From Chthonomonadales bacterium (lineage in GTDB: Bacteria; Armatimonadota; Chthonomonadetes; Chthonomonadales; CAJBBX01), in NCBI GenBank assembly GCA_049967475.1, contig JBMFSQ010000008.1, positions 73,349 to 137,348 of the forward strand: a DNA stretch of 64,000 nt. Reading direction: 5' to 3'. Shown here in pieces: positions 25,684 through 35,968 of the stretch. Both the position numbers and the translations under genes were made by a program. The notes beneath the pieces were generated by a model. It ran no database searches and was not told the origin of the DNA. It saw only the letters and a list, made by a program, of their open reading frames with translations. Position 1 is the stretch's first letter; each line of letters starts with the position of its first letter.

Positions 25684-28170
25684 CTATATTCCTAGACGGT
25701 TTCTGCGGATGAGTTCCCCGGCATCGCACGGCCGGCGCACCGTGTATCCTTCCAGGGGAAGTATGTGTTCATGGATGGCGTCCAATATGTCGGCGGGGTA
25801 CGGGAAGAAGGCCTCTTCCACCTCATCGGCGGGAGTGATCCAGTTTCGCGCACCAACCACAACGGGCGGCGCATCCAGGTAACCGAAGGCGAGCTCCGAC
25901 ACCTTTGCAGCCATCGTCTGGATTATGGAGCCCCGTTCGCATGCGTCGGACACAAGCACGATGCGCCCGGTTTTTTGTACGGAACGGATCACCGGTTCGT
26001 AGTTGAAGGGGACGAGTGTGCGGGCGTCAATAATCTCACACGACACGTCGTACTGGTCTTCCAGCAGTTTGGCGGCTTCCAGCGCGCGGTACAACACTGC
26101 GCCTACGGTGAGGATGGTGAGGTCCTCTCCCGTTTTCTTGATGTCGGGTTCACCCAAGGGAACCTCGTAGAATTCGCGGGGGACACCTCCTGGGTGGAAG
26201 ATCTCAGGCTGGTCGTAGATGCGCTGGCTCTCGAAGAAGATGACGGGGTCTGTGCCGGTGAGGGCCGCATTGATGAGGCCCTTGGCATCGTAAGGGGTGG
26301 CGGGGAAGCATACCTTGAGGCCGGGAATGTGGGCCACGAGGGAGGTCCAATCCTGACTGTGCTGCGCTCCGTACTTGGATCCGACGGACACGCGCACAAC
26401 GACGGGCATGCGCAATTCACCGGCGGACATAGCTTGCCACTTGGAGAGCTGGTTGAAGACCTCGTCTCCAGCGCGGCCCAGGAAGTCGCAATACATGAGT
26501 TCCACTAATGCCCGGCCGCCTTCCAGGGCATATCCTACGGCGCTTCCCACGATGGCGCCTTCCGCTATGGGCGTGTTGAACAGGCGATGGTACGGAAGGG
26601 CTTCCGTGAGGCCGCGGTACACGGCGAAGGCGCCTCCCCAATCGCGGTTCTCTTCCCCATAGGCCACCAGAGTGGGGTCGGCGTAGAAGCGCTCCAGGAT
26701 CGCTTCGAAGAGGGCATCCCGGATCCCGATGCACCGTCCTTTTGGGAGGGGATTGCCGTTTTCGTCCAGGCCGCTTCGGCTCCGTTGGGCCAGTTGTTTG
26801 ATGCGCGGGTTCTCCTCAATGGGGATGAGCACTTCGGGTTGCCGTTGGGGATCCATGCTCTCCACACGCTGGTTCGAGAACATCACGCGTTCCAGCAGGC
26901 AGTTCACTTGGAAGAGGTCCGCCCGTGGTGAGATCGCCAGGTCTATGGCTTTGCGGTAGGCGCGAAGGATACGGGCATCCACCATGGCGTGGAGAGCATC
27001 GAGGTCGCTGCGGGTGCACAGACCGGCTGCCAAGAGATCCTCACCGTACGTGATGAGGGGATCAATCCTTTGCCATTCCTCCAGCTCGGCCTTGTCGCGA
27101 TAGGATGAGGCGTCGGATGGCGAATGGCCGCTGAAGCGGTAGGTGATGGTGTCCAGCAGCACGGGCCCTTCGCCACGTTGGATGATTTCTTTCTTGCGGG
27201 CGATGGCGTCAATAACGGCGAGGGGATTGTAGCCGTCTACGCGCTCGGCGTGCATCTGTGTGGGTGTGAGGCCGGCGCCCATTCGGGCCAAAATGCCCAT
27301 TCCCATGGTCTCACCTACGGGTTGGCCGCCCATCCCGTAGAAGTTGTTGACGAAGTTCATGATGAAGGGCAGGCCGCCTCGATGGGCCTCGTCCCAAAGC
27401 GTCTTGAACTGGTCCATCGTAGCGAGGCAGAGGGCCTCCCAAGTGGGGCCGCAGCTTGATGCGCCATCCCCGATGTTGCAGATGACGATGCCGGGCTTAT
27501 GGTTGATCTTCTTATAAAGCGCGGCGCCCACCGAAATATCCGCCGATCCGCCTACGATGGCGTTGTTGGGAAAGATGCCGAAGGGCGTGAAGAAGGCATG
27601 CATGGAGCCTCCCATACCCTTGTTGAAGCCGGCCTCGCGCCCGAATATCTCGGCCAAAGCCCCGTACAGCAAGAAGTCTATTGCGAGGGACTTTACGTCT
27701 TCCGGAGCCTCGTCGTCGGGGAGCACTTTCTCAACTACCTTGAGGGTGGCTCCATCGTTGTACCGCTTCATGATCTCCATGAGGCGATCGTCACTGAGCT
27801 TCTCGATGGCCGAAAGGCCCTTGGCGAGTATCTCGCCGTGGCTACGATGGCTCCCAAAGATGTGGTCGTCTACGGTAAGGAGGAATGCCTGGCCTACTGC
27901 GGCGGCTTCCTGGCCGATGCTCAGATGGGCAGGACCCTTGTGGTTGTATTCGATCCCCCGGTAGTTGCCCTTGATCTTCACGTCATTGAGCATGGCTTCG
28001 AATGCCCGAATAATGGCCATGTCCCGGTGGATGCGGATTAGGTCCTCACGCGCGAAACGGTCCATCTCCTCTTCCAGTGTCCTGTGGTACTGGTTCACTG
28101 GGATGGGCTGAAACTCCACAAATCCGCTCTTGCGCACGTCGGATGGTCGTATGGGCAGCGATTTCGGCAT
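25684..28170 (-). CDS. TPP-dependent 2-oxoacid or acetoin dehydrogenase E1, fused alpha+beta
   Basis: [22 protein letters not shown] motif, YRFSGHS; beta half with [19 protein letters not shown]. Confidence 0.9.
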   Translation of the reverse strand: MPKSLPIRPSDVRKSGFVEFQPIPVNQYHRTLEEEMDRFAREDLIRIHRDMAIIRAFEAMLNDVKIKGNYRGIEYNHKGPAHLSIGQEAAAVGQAFLLTVDDHIFGSHRSHGEILAKGLSAIEKLSDDRLMEIMKRYNDGATLKVVEKVLPDDEAPEDVKSLAIDFLLYGALAEIFGREAGFNKGMGGSMHAFFTPFGIFPNNAIVGGSADISVGAALYKKINHKPGIVICNIGDGASSCGPTWEALCLATMDQFKTLWDEAHRGGLPFIMNFVNNFYGMGGQPVGETMGMGILARMGAGLTPTQMHAERVDGYNPLAVIDAIARKKEIIQRGEGPVLLDTITYRFSGHSPSDASSYRDKAELEEWQRIDPLITYGEDLLAAGLCTRSDLDALHAMVDARILRAYRKAIDLAISPRADLFQVNCLLERVMFSNQRVESMDPQRQPEVLIPIEENPRIKQLAQRSRSGLDENGNPLPKGRCIGIRDALFEAILERFYADPTLVAYGEENRDWGGAFAVYRGLTEALPYHRLFNTPIAEGAIVGSAVGYALEGGRALVELMYCDFLGRAGDEVFNQLSKWQAMSAGELRMPVVVRVSVGSKYGAQHSQDWTSLVAHIPGLKVCFPATPYDAKGLINAALTGTDPVIFFESQRIYDQPEIFHPGGVPREFYEVPLGEPDIKKTGEDLTILTVGAVLYRALEAAKLLEDQYDVSCEIIDARTLVPFNYEPVIRSVQKTGRIVLVSDACERGSIIQTMAAKVSELAFGYLDAPPVVVGARNWITPADEVEEAFFPYPADILDAIHEHILPLEGYTVRRPCDAGELIRRNRLGI

Positions 28171-28203
28171 AGTTCTTCTCCAGTCTAATGATCCGTGTGC
28201 TGA

Positions 28204-29766
28204 TTATCGAATGCCGGGCCCGGTGCGGGCTGAACCGGCTTGGTCGAGGTTTGTTCGAAAGCGTACGTACGTAACGACGGCGTTGGAGCCCGGTTTGAGA
28301 TTCTTTATGGTCACGTGGATTTGGCCCGAGGCCGTGTCCTGCGAGGTCACGGGAACTTCCACCCAGCGTCCTTGTTGAAAGCCGCCGTACTCCCCGATGA
28401 AACGTCCGTTGACGTAGAGCGCTTCATGGCGGCCCCCGCCGAAATTGTCGCCGTCGAGGAGGTACAGGCGCAGTACCCCCTCGGCTTTCTGTGGGCACAG
28501 AAGAGTGAATTGAACGGCGCGGTAATCGGCCCAGCAATGCTTGACGGGTGACGTCCACGGCGGCCCTTCAAAGGTGTAGCCCCGGTTCAAAATAAAATCC
28601 CACCCTTGCCGGGCAAACGTAAGGTCTCCCTTTGAGGATCCGCAGGCCAACTCCAAGGCGTCTCCCGCATCTACCGGCCCCTCCAGTGGCACAGCGAGGT
28701 TCTGGGGTTCTCGGCTGTGCGATGGAGGCAGCGCCGGATAGGGCCGATGCGGCTCTGTTTGATACCAATAGGTGACGGCAGAGAATTGGTGGGGCGGGAA
28801 GCCCTGCGGGAACATGGCCCTCCAGGATTTTACTTCGTTGCGGCCAAAGCCGACGGTGATACGCAGTGCCTTTCGGAAGACGACGCGATCCTCCACGAGA
28901 AACCGGTAGGCTGCTGCTCCATCGTACCATGGCTGGTAGCCTGTCCTCGGGAAGCTGTTGGCCTGTTCGGGGAAGCCCCAGCTAAATCCGAAGGCATCCT
29001 CCAGCCCCTGCCACTCGATTGCGGGCTGCCGAGCGCCATCCACCCAGATCTTTACATTCTCATCCACGAGATAGCCGGAGTGGCGTGCGCGTACACCCCG
29101 CACTGTGAGGTTCCACCCAACGAGTACGCCTTTCCCTTCAGCCTCCATGGCGCGAAACTCCACGCGATCCATATCTACTGTTTGCTGGCGCCATGTGGCG
29201 TGAAAGGTCGGGACGTCGGCCGGCATCCTCAGCATCGTTCGGTAGTGGACGTATGCATAGCACGGTTCCCGGGATGCTATTCCATTGGGGTACCTTGGGT
29301 CTTCGGCATCTACCTCTACGCGCGCCGATTTTCGGAAAGGCATGGGAAAGTAACAATTCCATCCGCGCTTCTTGTTCACGAAGATGCTGTTGACGCGGTC
29401 CAAAGCTCCGTCGGGGTCGCAGAAGAAGTCCACCAGCGGTACCTCGACGCTCGGCGCCTTCTCGCCATCCCACCAGATGCGAAGCACGGTATGGCGGTCC
29501 AGATGAAGAGTTTGAGGCAAAGCGAAGTGGATCATGGTGATGACGGCGGGACCTTTGAGGTCGGCGATCACCACCCGCGTACGGCCGCCTCCGAACTGCT
29601 TGGCAGGAGGGTTCTCGCCCCAAAGGGCGTTCACCATTCCCGTGGAACCGTGGGGCACGGTCCACAGCGCCGACCCGTCGCCTCCGGGAACTTGCGAACA
29701 TGAAGCTGCGAGCGCGCTCGTGGTACAGAGCACTAACATCCATGCGCCCATCATAGGGTTGTTCAT
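28204..29766 (-). CDS. secreted DUF2961/GH172-family glycoside hydrolase with extra C-terminal beta-sandwich domain
   Basis: ADLKGPAVITMIHF, LRIWWDGEKAPSVEVPLVDFF, NCYFPMPFRKSARV, GLEDAFGFSWG, AVTYWYQ; signal peptide; start uncertain. Confidence 0.8.
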   Translation of the reverse strand: MNNPMMGAWMLVLCTTSALAASCSQVPGGDGSALWTVPHGSTGMVNALWGENPPAKQFGGGRTRVVIADLKGPAVITMIHFALPQTLHLDRHTVLRIWWDGEKAPSVEVPLVDFFCDPDGALDRVNSIFVNKKRGWNCYFPMPFRKSARVEVDAEDPRYPNGIASREPCYAYVHYRTMLRMPADVPTFHATWRQQTVDMDRVEFRAMEAEGKGVLVGWNLTVRGVRARHSGYLVDENVKIWVDGARQPAIEWQGLEDAFGFSWGFPEQANSFPRTGYQPWYDGAAAYRFLVEDRVVFRKALRITVGFGRNEVKSWRAMFPQGFPPHQFSAVTYWYQTEPHRPYPALPPSHSREPQNLAVPLEGPVDAGDALELACGSSKGDLTFARQGWDFILNRGYTFEGPPWTSPVKHCWADYRAVQFTLLCPQKAEGVLRLYLLDGDNFGGGRHEALYVNGRFIGEYGGFQQGRWVEVPVTSQDTASGQIHVTIKNLKPGSNAVVTYVRFRTNLDQAGSARTGPGIR

Positions 29767-29890
29767 CCGCGGTCCTGTTCCAAACGGTTGCGATGGCGGT
29801 CGCAGGCCGGTGCCCGCTGCTGCCGATCTACGGGATGTGTGAAGCCGGCATAGAAGTTCATTGCCGCCGGCATCCTTCCTCCGAATTGGG

Positions 29891-30871
29891 TCACGGCCGA
29901 TAGGCTTCAACGAGGCTGTCCATGTTCGTTCCTTCGCGAAGGGAGCGTACACCGGTAAAGCCGGCAGTCTCCAACCAGGTGCGGATCTCCTCGAGTGTAT
30001 AGGTGCCGCCTTCACGCGTTCCCACCAACATATTGATGGCAAAGAGCGCACCACTACGTGGAGCCGTGCGATCCGGTGCCATCACGTGATCACGGATTAT
30101 GATGCGCCCTCCAGGCACCAAGGCGGCGTGCACTTTGCGGAAAAGGTCTATATTCTCCTGCGGGCCATTCTGATGGATGATGGCCGACACCCAGGCAAAG
30201 TCGTGACCTTCGGGAAGTGGGTCCACAGTGAAGTCGCCCGGCGCCAGCCTAACGCGATGAAGCAGGCCGGCTTCGGCCAAATGGCGTTTGGCGATCTCGA
30301 GCACCGGCGGACGGTCGAATAGGGTGGCGTGAAGGGTAGGGATTGCCCTCAGGAACGCGGCAGTGTACGTTCCCGGCCCGCCGCCCACATCCAGCAGCTT
30401 CGTTGCCTGTGCCGCACCCGCGGAGGCAACAATGGCGTCGGCTTGCGGGGTGGCGATTACGTGCATGGCTTCGATGAAGGCCTCCAAAGCATCATCGCCC
30501 TCCTGTGGAGCACGCCCATTCGGACCAAGGATCTTTTGGGTGAGGGTGGACCATGTATTCCATAGGTTCGCCTGGTGCTTCACCAAAGGCAGAACCGATT
30601 GTGGCGCATTCTTTGTAAGGTACTGGGCGGCGGCGGGGGACAAGGCGTAGACGCCTTCGGCCTTCGTGAGGAGCCCCATGGAGGCTAGAGCGTCCAGCAG
30701 CATCGTGAGTGCACGCGCATCGCCTCCCAAGCCCTGGGCCAGATCATGGGCGGAGGCCGGGTGCTCTCCAATCCGGGTAAAGAGGTCCAGGTCGGCAGCG
30801 GTCAGAAGCACGCGTGCTTCCATGAAGTTCCGCGCTAGCCTCAGGATCTCGTCCCGCGTCCATTGTGTCAT
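29891..30871 (-). CDS. SAM-dependent O-methyltransferase (dimerisation + Methyltransf_2 domains)
   Basis: LLDVGGGPG, GDFTVDPLP, LVPGGRIIIRD; start 30871 or 30916. Confidence 0.9.
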   Translation of the reverse strand: MTQWTRDEILRLARNFMEARVLLTAADLDLFTRIGEHPASAHDLAQGLGGDARALTMLLDALASMGLLTKAEGVYALSPAAAQYLTKNAPQSVLPLVKHQANLWNTWSTLTQKILGPNGRAPQEGDDALEAFIEAMHVIATPQADAIVASAGAAQATKLLDVGGGPGTYTAAFLRAIPTLHATLFDRPPVLEIAKRHLAEAGLLHRVRLAPGDFTVDPLPEGHDFAWVSAIIHQNGPQENIDLFRKVHAALVPGGRIIIRDHVMAPDRTAPRSGALFAINMLVGTREGGTYTLEEIRTWLETAGFTGVRSLREGTNMDSLVEAYRP

Positions 30872-30972
30872 CAGGCGTGCCTCCGCGTGCGGGAATGGAG
30901 GTGGGTATGAGGACATTGCCTACAACTGAGGGCTGCATAGGCGCAGCCGCATCACCCAATCTGCAGTATACT

Positions 30973-31001
30973 ATGATACGCTATAAACCGAAGCAAATCA
31001 A
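30973..31001 (-). promoter_or_regulatory. sigma70-type promoter for the methyltransferase-GH172-E1 genes
   Basis: TTGATT-N17-TATCAT. Confidence 0.55.
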
Positions 31002-31026
31002 TGGGTCAACCGAAAAGAAGCGAAAC

Positions 31027-31842
31027 ATGGGTAACCACGGAACACAGGCGAATGGCGCCAAGGGGCAAGAGCCTCTATTCGCCGAAGAACGCCGCCAGGC
31101 GATCCTGGAACGGTTGAGGCTCGAAGGCAAGGTGACGGTGGAAGGGCTCGCCGCCGAATTCGGCGTGTCTCTACCTACAGCCCGGACGGACCTGGCCCAA
31201 CTTGAGGCGCGAGGGCTGCTGAGGCGGACGCACGGAGGAGCCATCCCGGCCAGCGCGACGCTCTTTGAACCTCCCTACGGGGAACGCCGCGTCATGCACC
31301 ATGCCGAGAAGAGGGCGATCGCCCGCCGAGCTGCCGAGTATGTGAAGGATGGCGACACGATCTTTCTCGATGCTGGAACCACGCTCTACGAATTCGCCTT
31401 GGCCCTGCGCGGACACCGGCGGCTTACCGTCGTAACCAATTCCCTTGTCAGCGCCCTAGCTCTCATGGACCATGCGGGCACCGAAGTGATCCTGGTCGGC
31501 GGATTGGTTCAGCCGCGGAGGCGCGCCGTACTGGGCCCACTGGCCGAACGCTTTGTGGAAGCCTTCCATGTGGATCGCGCCTTTGTGTCGTTCAACGGAG
31601 TGCACCCACAGGCCGGTTTCTCTGTGGTAGATTTCGACGCTGCAGAGATCAAGGCACGCATGATGGCCCACGCCGAGGAAGTCATCGTGCTGGCCGATTG
31701 GACTAAGATAGGCAAGATCGCTTTCGCTGCGGTTGCGCCCATCGGTGCGGCACAGGTCCTCGTGACGGATCACCGAACGCCTCCGGAGCTGACGGATGAG
31801 CTCACCGCCGCCGGGCTTCAGATCGTCCGTGCGCAATTGTAG
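31027..31842 (+). CDS. DeoR/GlpR family transcriptional regulator
   Basis: ERRQAIL, FGVSLPTARTDL, RTHGGA, IFLDAGTT, VVTNS. Confidence 0.93.
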   Translation: MGNHGTQANGAKGQEPLFAEERRQAILERLRLEGKVTVEGLAAEFGVSLPTARTDLAQLEARGLLRRTHGGAIPASATLFEPPYGERRVMHHAEKRAIARRAAEYVKDGDTIFLDAGTTLYEFALALRGHRRLTVVTNSLVSALALMDHAGTEVILVGGLVQPRRRAVLGPLAERFVEAFHVDRAFVSFNGVHPQAGFSVVDFDAAEIKARMMAHAEEVIVLADWTKIGKIAFAAVAPIGAAQVLVTDHRTPPELTDELTAAGLQIVRAQL

Positions 31843-31941
31843 GCCGTCCGTCCACGGCGGGTTGTGGTTCATCGCGCAGGCGGTTGAGGAAGGTGCGATC
31901 AGGGTACCCGTTCCACGAGCCGGGAACCCCTGAAGCGGCCA

Positions 31942-32430
31942 CTAGTCGGATGAGATGCGTGCATTCTTCGCGGCGACCTCTTCCGCCATCCTCTGCTTGT
32001 AGGCCGCAATCTTTGCCCGGATTGCGCCGTCCGTAGCGCCGATGATCTGTGCAGCAAGGATGCCCGCATTGCGCGCTCCATTAATGGCTACGGTGGCGAC
32101 CGGCACGCCGGATGGCATCTGAACCGTGGCGAGGAGGGCATCCAGCCCATTGAGTGCAGAAGATTGAATGGGCACGCCGATTACGGGAAGAGGTGTGGAT
32201 GCGGCCATGGCACCGGCAAGGTGGGCTGCGCTGCCGGCTCCTGCGATGATGGCGCACAGTCCGCGTTCTGCAGCCGTTTCGGCATATTCCGCGGCCATGC
32301 GCGGTGTGCGGTGGGCGGAGAGGATGCGCATCTCGCTCTCGATGCCGAATTCGGCAAGGATTGCCGCAGCCTCCCGCATTACAGGCAAGTCGCTGTCACT
32401 GCCCATGACGATCCCCACGCGATAAGTCAT
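31942..32430 (-). CDS. purE: N5-carboxyaminoimidazole ribonucleotide mutase
   Basis: VGIVMGSDSD, SAHRTP, AGAGSAAHL, VQMPSGVPVATV. Confidence 0.97.
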   Translation of the reverse strand: MTYRVGIVMGSDSDLPVMREAAAILAEFGIESEMRILSAHRTPRMAAEYAETAAERGLCAIIAGAGSAAHLAGAMAASTPLPVIGVPIQSSALNGLDALLATVQMPSGVPVATVAINGARNAGILAAQIIGATDGAIRAKIAAYKQRMAEEVAAKNARISSD

Positions 32431-32523
32431 GGCTTCTAGGTTTTTCTCCTTTACTGGTTCTTCTGATTGGCTGCCTTCCGGCCACTCAGGGCGAACGGCG
32501 TGAACAGGGGCCGGCTTCTGCAA

Positions 32524-33846
32524 TCAATCGCCCCCGAGGTGTTTGAGAGCCCGTGCTGCGATGTCATGCCGGTAATGCATTCCTTCAAAGTGAATGCGAC
32601 CCAAGGCGCGGTACGCGCGATCCACAGCTTGCCGAAGGTCCGCTCCCAAAGCCGTAACGCCCAAGACGCGGCCGCCTGCTGTGACGATAATGCCGTCATC
32701 CTCGCGAGTGCCGGCGTGGAATACCATGCAGTCTTCCGGGTCATCGCGGCAGGCATCATCCAGCCCCGTAATCGGTTTCCCGGTTTCGTAGCGATCGGGG
32801 TATCCGCCCGAAGCTGCCACCACATTCACGGAGGCCGCGCTCCTCCACCGGATGTCGAGTCCTTCGAGCGAGCTATTGACTACCGCATCCATGATCTCGA
32901 TCAGATCGCTCTCCAGCAGCGGCAGCACCGCCTGCGTTTCGGGGTCTCCAAAGCGGCAGTTGAACTCCAGCGTGCGCACACCGTGGGGTGTCACGATGAT
33001 GCCTGCGTAGAGCACGCCTTTGTAAGGGATGCCGAGATCCCGGATGGCTTGGACTGCCGGGCAAAGGACGGTTTGGAGCACCGTGTCTACAGTAGTGGGA
33101 GGAATAACCGGCACTGGGGTATAGGCGCCCATCCCTCCGGTGTTGGGGCCTTCATCGTTATCCAAAGCCCGTTTGTGGTCTTGGGATGGCGGCATGGGAA
33201 CAACGGTCTCGCCGTCGGTGAAGGCCATGATGCTGGCTTCTTCGCCCTCAAGGTACTCCTCGAGTACGATGCGCTCGCCTGCTGCCCCAAACACACGCCG
33301 CACCATCATGTCGTCGGCTACGCAGTGCGCCTCATCTTCTCCGGCAGCAATGATCACTCCCTTGCCGGCGGCTGCCCCATCCGCTTTGATGACCAAGCGG
33401 GCTCCGGGTTCCGGATGCTCTGAGAAGTACGCATGAATATGCTGGTGGGCCTCGCCGGGAGTGTCACAACGCCAGAAGGCTGCTGTGGGGATGGAGTAGC
33501 GCGTCATGAGCTCCTTGGCGAAGATCTTGCTCCCTTCGATGCGTGCAGGGTCCGTGGAAGGGCCAAAGATGCGCAATCCGCGGGCTTCGAAGCGGTCCAC
33601 GATGCCCGCGATCAGTGGAGCTTCCGGGCCCACCACCGTGAGATCAATCTTTTGGGTGGCAGCGAAATTGGCAAGACCGTCGAGGTCGGTGGCCTTCAGG
33701 TTGATGCATTCCGCCAATTGAGCGATGCCTGCGTTGCCCGGGGCACAGTAGATGCGTTCCGCATGGGGGCTCTGGGCAAGCTTCCATACCAATGCGTGTT
33801 CTCTTCCGCCATTGCCCACTACGAGTATGCGCACGGTCGTCCTCAC
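32524..33846 (-). CDS. purD: phosphoribosylamine-glycine ligase
   Basis: GNGGREHAL, KADGAAAGKGV, GPNTGGMGAY, EFNCRFGDPE. Confidence 0.97.
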   Translation of the reverse strand: MRTTVRILVVGNGGREHALVWKLAQSPHAERIYCAPGNAGIAQLAECINLKATDLDGLANFAATQKIDLTVVGPEAPLIAGIVDRFEARGLRIFGPSTDPARIEGSKIFAKELMTRYSIPTAAFWRCDTPGEAHQHIHAYFSEHPEPGARLVIKADGAAAGKGVIIAAGEDEAHCVADDMMVRRVFGAAGERIVLEEYLEGEEASIMAFTDGETVVPMPPSQDHKRALDNDEGPNTGGMGAYTPVPVIPPTTVDTVLQTVLCPAVQAIRDLGIPYKGVLYAGIIVTPHGVRTLEFNCRFGDPETQAVLPLLESDLIEIMDAVVNSSLEGLDIRWRSAASVNVVAASGGYPDRYETGKPITGLDDACRDDPEDCMVFHAGTREDDGIIVTAGGRVLGVTALGADLRQAVDRAYRALGRIHFEGMHYRHDIAARALKHLGGD

Positions 33847-33891
33847 AGGATCAAGATGGGCTTCCCCACCTGTTGCGGGAAGCTTGGTGCA

Positions 33892-35301
33892 TCAGATATG
33901 CCCGGGCATCCTGGCCAGGTTGTCGAAGCGCAGATAATGAGGATGGAAAGCTACCATTACTTTGCCTGTAGGGCCGTTGCGCTGCTTGGCGATAATGAGT
34001 TCGGCCTCTTCCACCTTGTCTTCACCCCGTTGGCGCCGCTCTTCCTTCTCGGCCTCGTCCAAGTCGGCGCTCATCGCTTCCTTCATCTTGTAATAGGCAT
34101 CCCTGTAGATAAAGATGACGAGGTCTGCCTCGGCTTCGATGGAGCCGCTTTCCCGCAGGTCCGAGAGCATTGGGCGCTTATCAGGCCGTTGCTCCACGGC
34201 TCGGGAGAGCTGGGCCAGAGCGAGCACAGGAACTCGAAGCTCGCGGGCCAGCGACTTCAGAGAGCGCGAGATCTCTCCAATCTCTTGGGTGCGGTTATCA
34301 CTGCGCCTTTGGCCACGCATGAGCTGAAGGTAGTCTACCACTACGAGGCCGAGACCGTGTTCAGCCATGAGGCGGCGGCACTTCGCGCGCATCTCCAGAG
34401 CGGAAATATCAGGGCTGTCGTCAATGAATATGGGTGCATCGGACAGGGTGGCGCACGCTTCTCCTACACGCCGCCAATCCTCGTCCTTCAGATAACCTGT
34501 GCGGAGACTATGGCCATCCACTCGGGCTTCGGAACAAATCATTCTGAGGCAAAGCTGTTCTTTGGACATTTCCAGACTGAACACGGCAACGGGTAGCTTT
34601 TGGCGGATGGCTACATGCTGGGCGATGCCCATGGCCAACGAGGTCTTGCCCATGGAGGGGCGGGCCGCCAGGATCACTAGGTCTGCCTTTTGAAATCCCG
34701 CCGTGGCGTAATTGAGGTCCTCAAACGGGGTGGCCAAGCCGGTGGTTTGTTCCTTGTGTTCGGAGCGGTGCTCGATCTGTTCGAAGACCGCGGCCACGAG
34801 GGGTCGCATGGGGGTGAAGTACGCTCCCATGCGGCGTTGGGCCACAGCGAAGATGGCCTTTTCGGCAGCGTCCACTACGTCGCCGATCTCCGTGTAATCT
34901 GCGTAGGCAAGGGAGCGGATTTGGCTCGAAGCGTCAATCAGGCGGCGAAGAATTGCCTTCTCTTCTACGATGCGGGCGTAGTACTCTACGCTTGCCGGCG
35001 TAGGGACGGCTTCTGTAAGCTGTACGATGTAGGGCGTGCCTCCCACGGCTTCCAAGTGGCCTTGGGAGCGTAGCTGTTCCTGCACAGTGAGAATATCTAC
35101 GGGCTCGTCGCGTTCTGCGAGGGTGAGGATGGCGTCGAAAATGATGCGATGGGCGTCTCGGTAGAAATCCTCGGGCTTGAGGATTTCGGCTGCCTTCTCA
35201 ATGGCTGCACGCTCGATGAGCATTGCGCCGAGCGTAGCTTGCTCCATCTCGAGACTTTGCGGCGGTACGTGGTCGAAGGGGATGTTTCTCTCTGCTGCCA
35301 T
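33892..35301 (-). CDS. dnaB: replicative DNA helicase
   Basis: PPQSLEME, AARPSMGKT, DYLQLM, SDLRESGSIE, KQRNGPTG; no intein. Confidence 0.97.
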   Translation of the reverse strand: MAAERNIPFDHVPPQSLEMEQATLGAMLIERAAIEKAAEILKPEDFYRDAHRIIFDAILTLAERDEPVDILTVQEQLRSQGHLEAVGGTPYIVQLTEAVPTPASVEYYARIVEEKAILRRLIDASSQIRSLAYADYTEIGDVVDAAEKAIFAVAQRRMGAYFTPMRPLVAAVFEQIEHRSEHKEQTTGLATPFEDLNYATAGFQKADLVILAARPSMGKTSLAMGIAQHVAIRQKLPVAVFSLEMSKEQLCLRMICSEARVDGHSLRTGYLKDEDWRRVGEACATLSDAPIFIDDSPDISALEMRAKCRRLMAEHGLGLVVVDYLQLMRGQRRSDNRTQEIGEISRSLKSLARELRVPVLALAQLSRAVEQRPDKRPMLSDLRESGSIEAEADLVIFIYRDAYYKMKEAMSADLDEAEKEERRQRGEDKVEEAELIIAKQRNGPTGKVMVAFHPHYLRFDNLARMPGHI

Positions 35302-35441
35302 CGCTATCTGTCCTGAAGTTTCCCGCGACTGCCCGTCTGCGTGCCCGCCCACGTGGCGGCAGTCGGGCGACGCAGAGGCTGGGGCGCAGCGGCGAACGGT
35401 AGGCGAGGAAATGGGCCGGCGATATCGCGGCCCGCATCTCC

Positions 35442-35945
35442 TCAGCCTTCCTGGGTTTCGGAGGCAGCTTCGGCGGCTGTCGCGCGGCGGCGGAGTTCTT
35501 CTTCGGTGATGACTTCCACAGTGATTGGCACCACGATATCCGTGTGAAGACGGATGGGCACTGTATAGGTGCCCAGGTTCTTGATGGGATCTGCCAGAGA
35601 CACCCTGCGCCGATCCACGGTGATGCCGCGTTCCCTGGCGATGGCGTCGGCCACATCCTGGGCTGTTACCGAACCGAAGAGCTTGGTGCCGCCGCCCACC
35701 CGGGCTGTGATGGTGAGTGTAAGGCCGGTGAGCTTCTCGGCTTCTTCGCGCGCTTCTTGAGCCCGCCGAGCCTCGCGCTCCTTTTCGCGCAGCCTGCGCG
35801 CTTCCCATGCCCGCAGGGCGCCGCCTGTAGCAGGAACAGCGTATTGGCGCGGGAAGAGGTAATTGCGCGCGTACCCGTCGGCCACGTTCACAATCTCGCC
35901 ATCCTTCCCGACCTTGGGGATATCCCGGCTCAAAATGACTTTCAA
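35442..35945 (-). CDS. rplI: 50S ribosomal protein L9
   Basis: MKVIL, VADGYARNYLFP, KLFGSVT. Confidence 0.97.
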   Translation of the reverse strand: MKVILSRDIPKVGKDGEIVNVADGYARNYLFPRQYAVPATGGALRAWEARRLREKEREARRAQEAREEAEKLTGLTLTITARVGGGTKLFGSVTAQDVADAIARERGITVDRRRVSLADPIKNLGTYTVPIRLHTDIVVPITVEVITEEELRRRATAAEAASETQEG

Positions 35946-35968
35946 GGTTGCTTCCTCCTGTGTCTTGA

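Noticed and set aside
35302..35808. Long N-terminal extension of DnaB
   Set aside because: It runs through rplI in another frame; DnaB homology begins at MAAERNIPF (35301).
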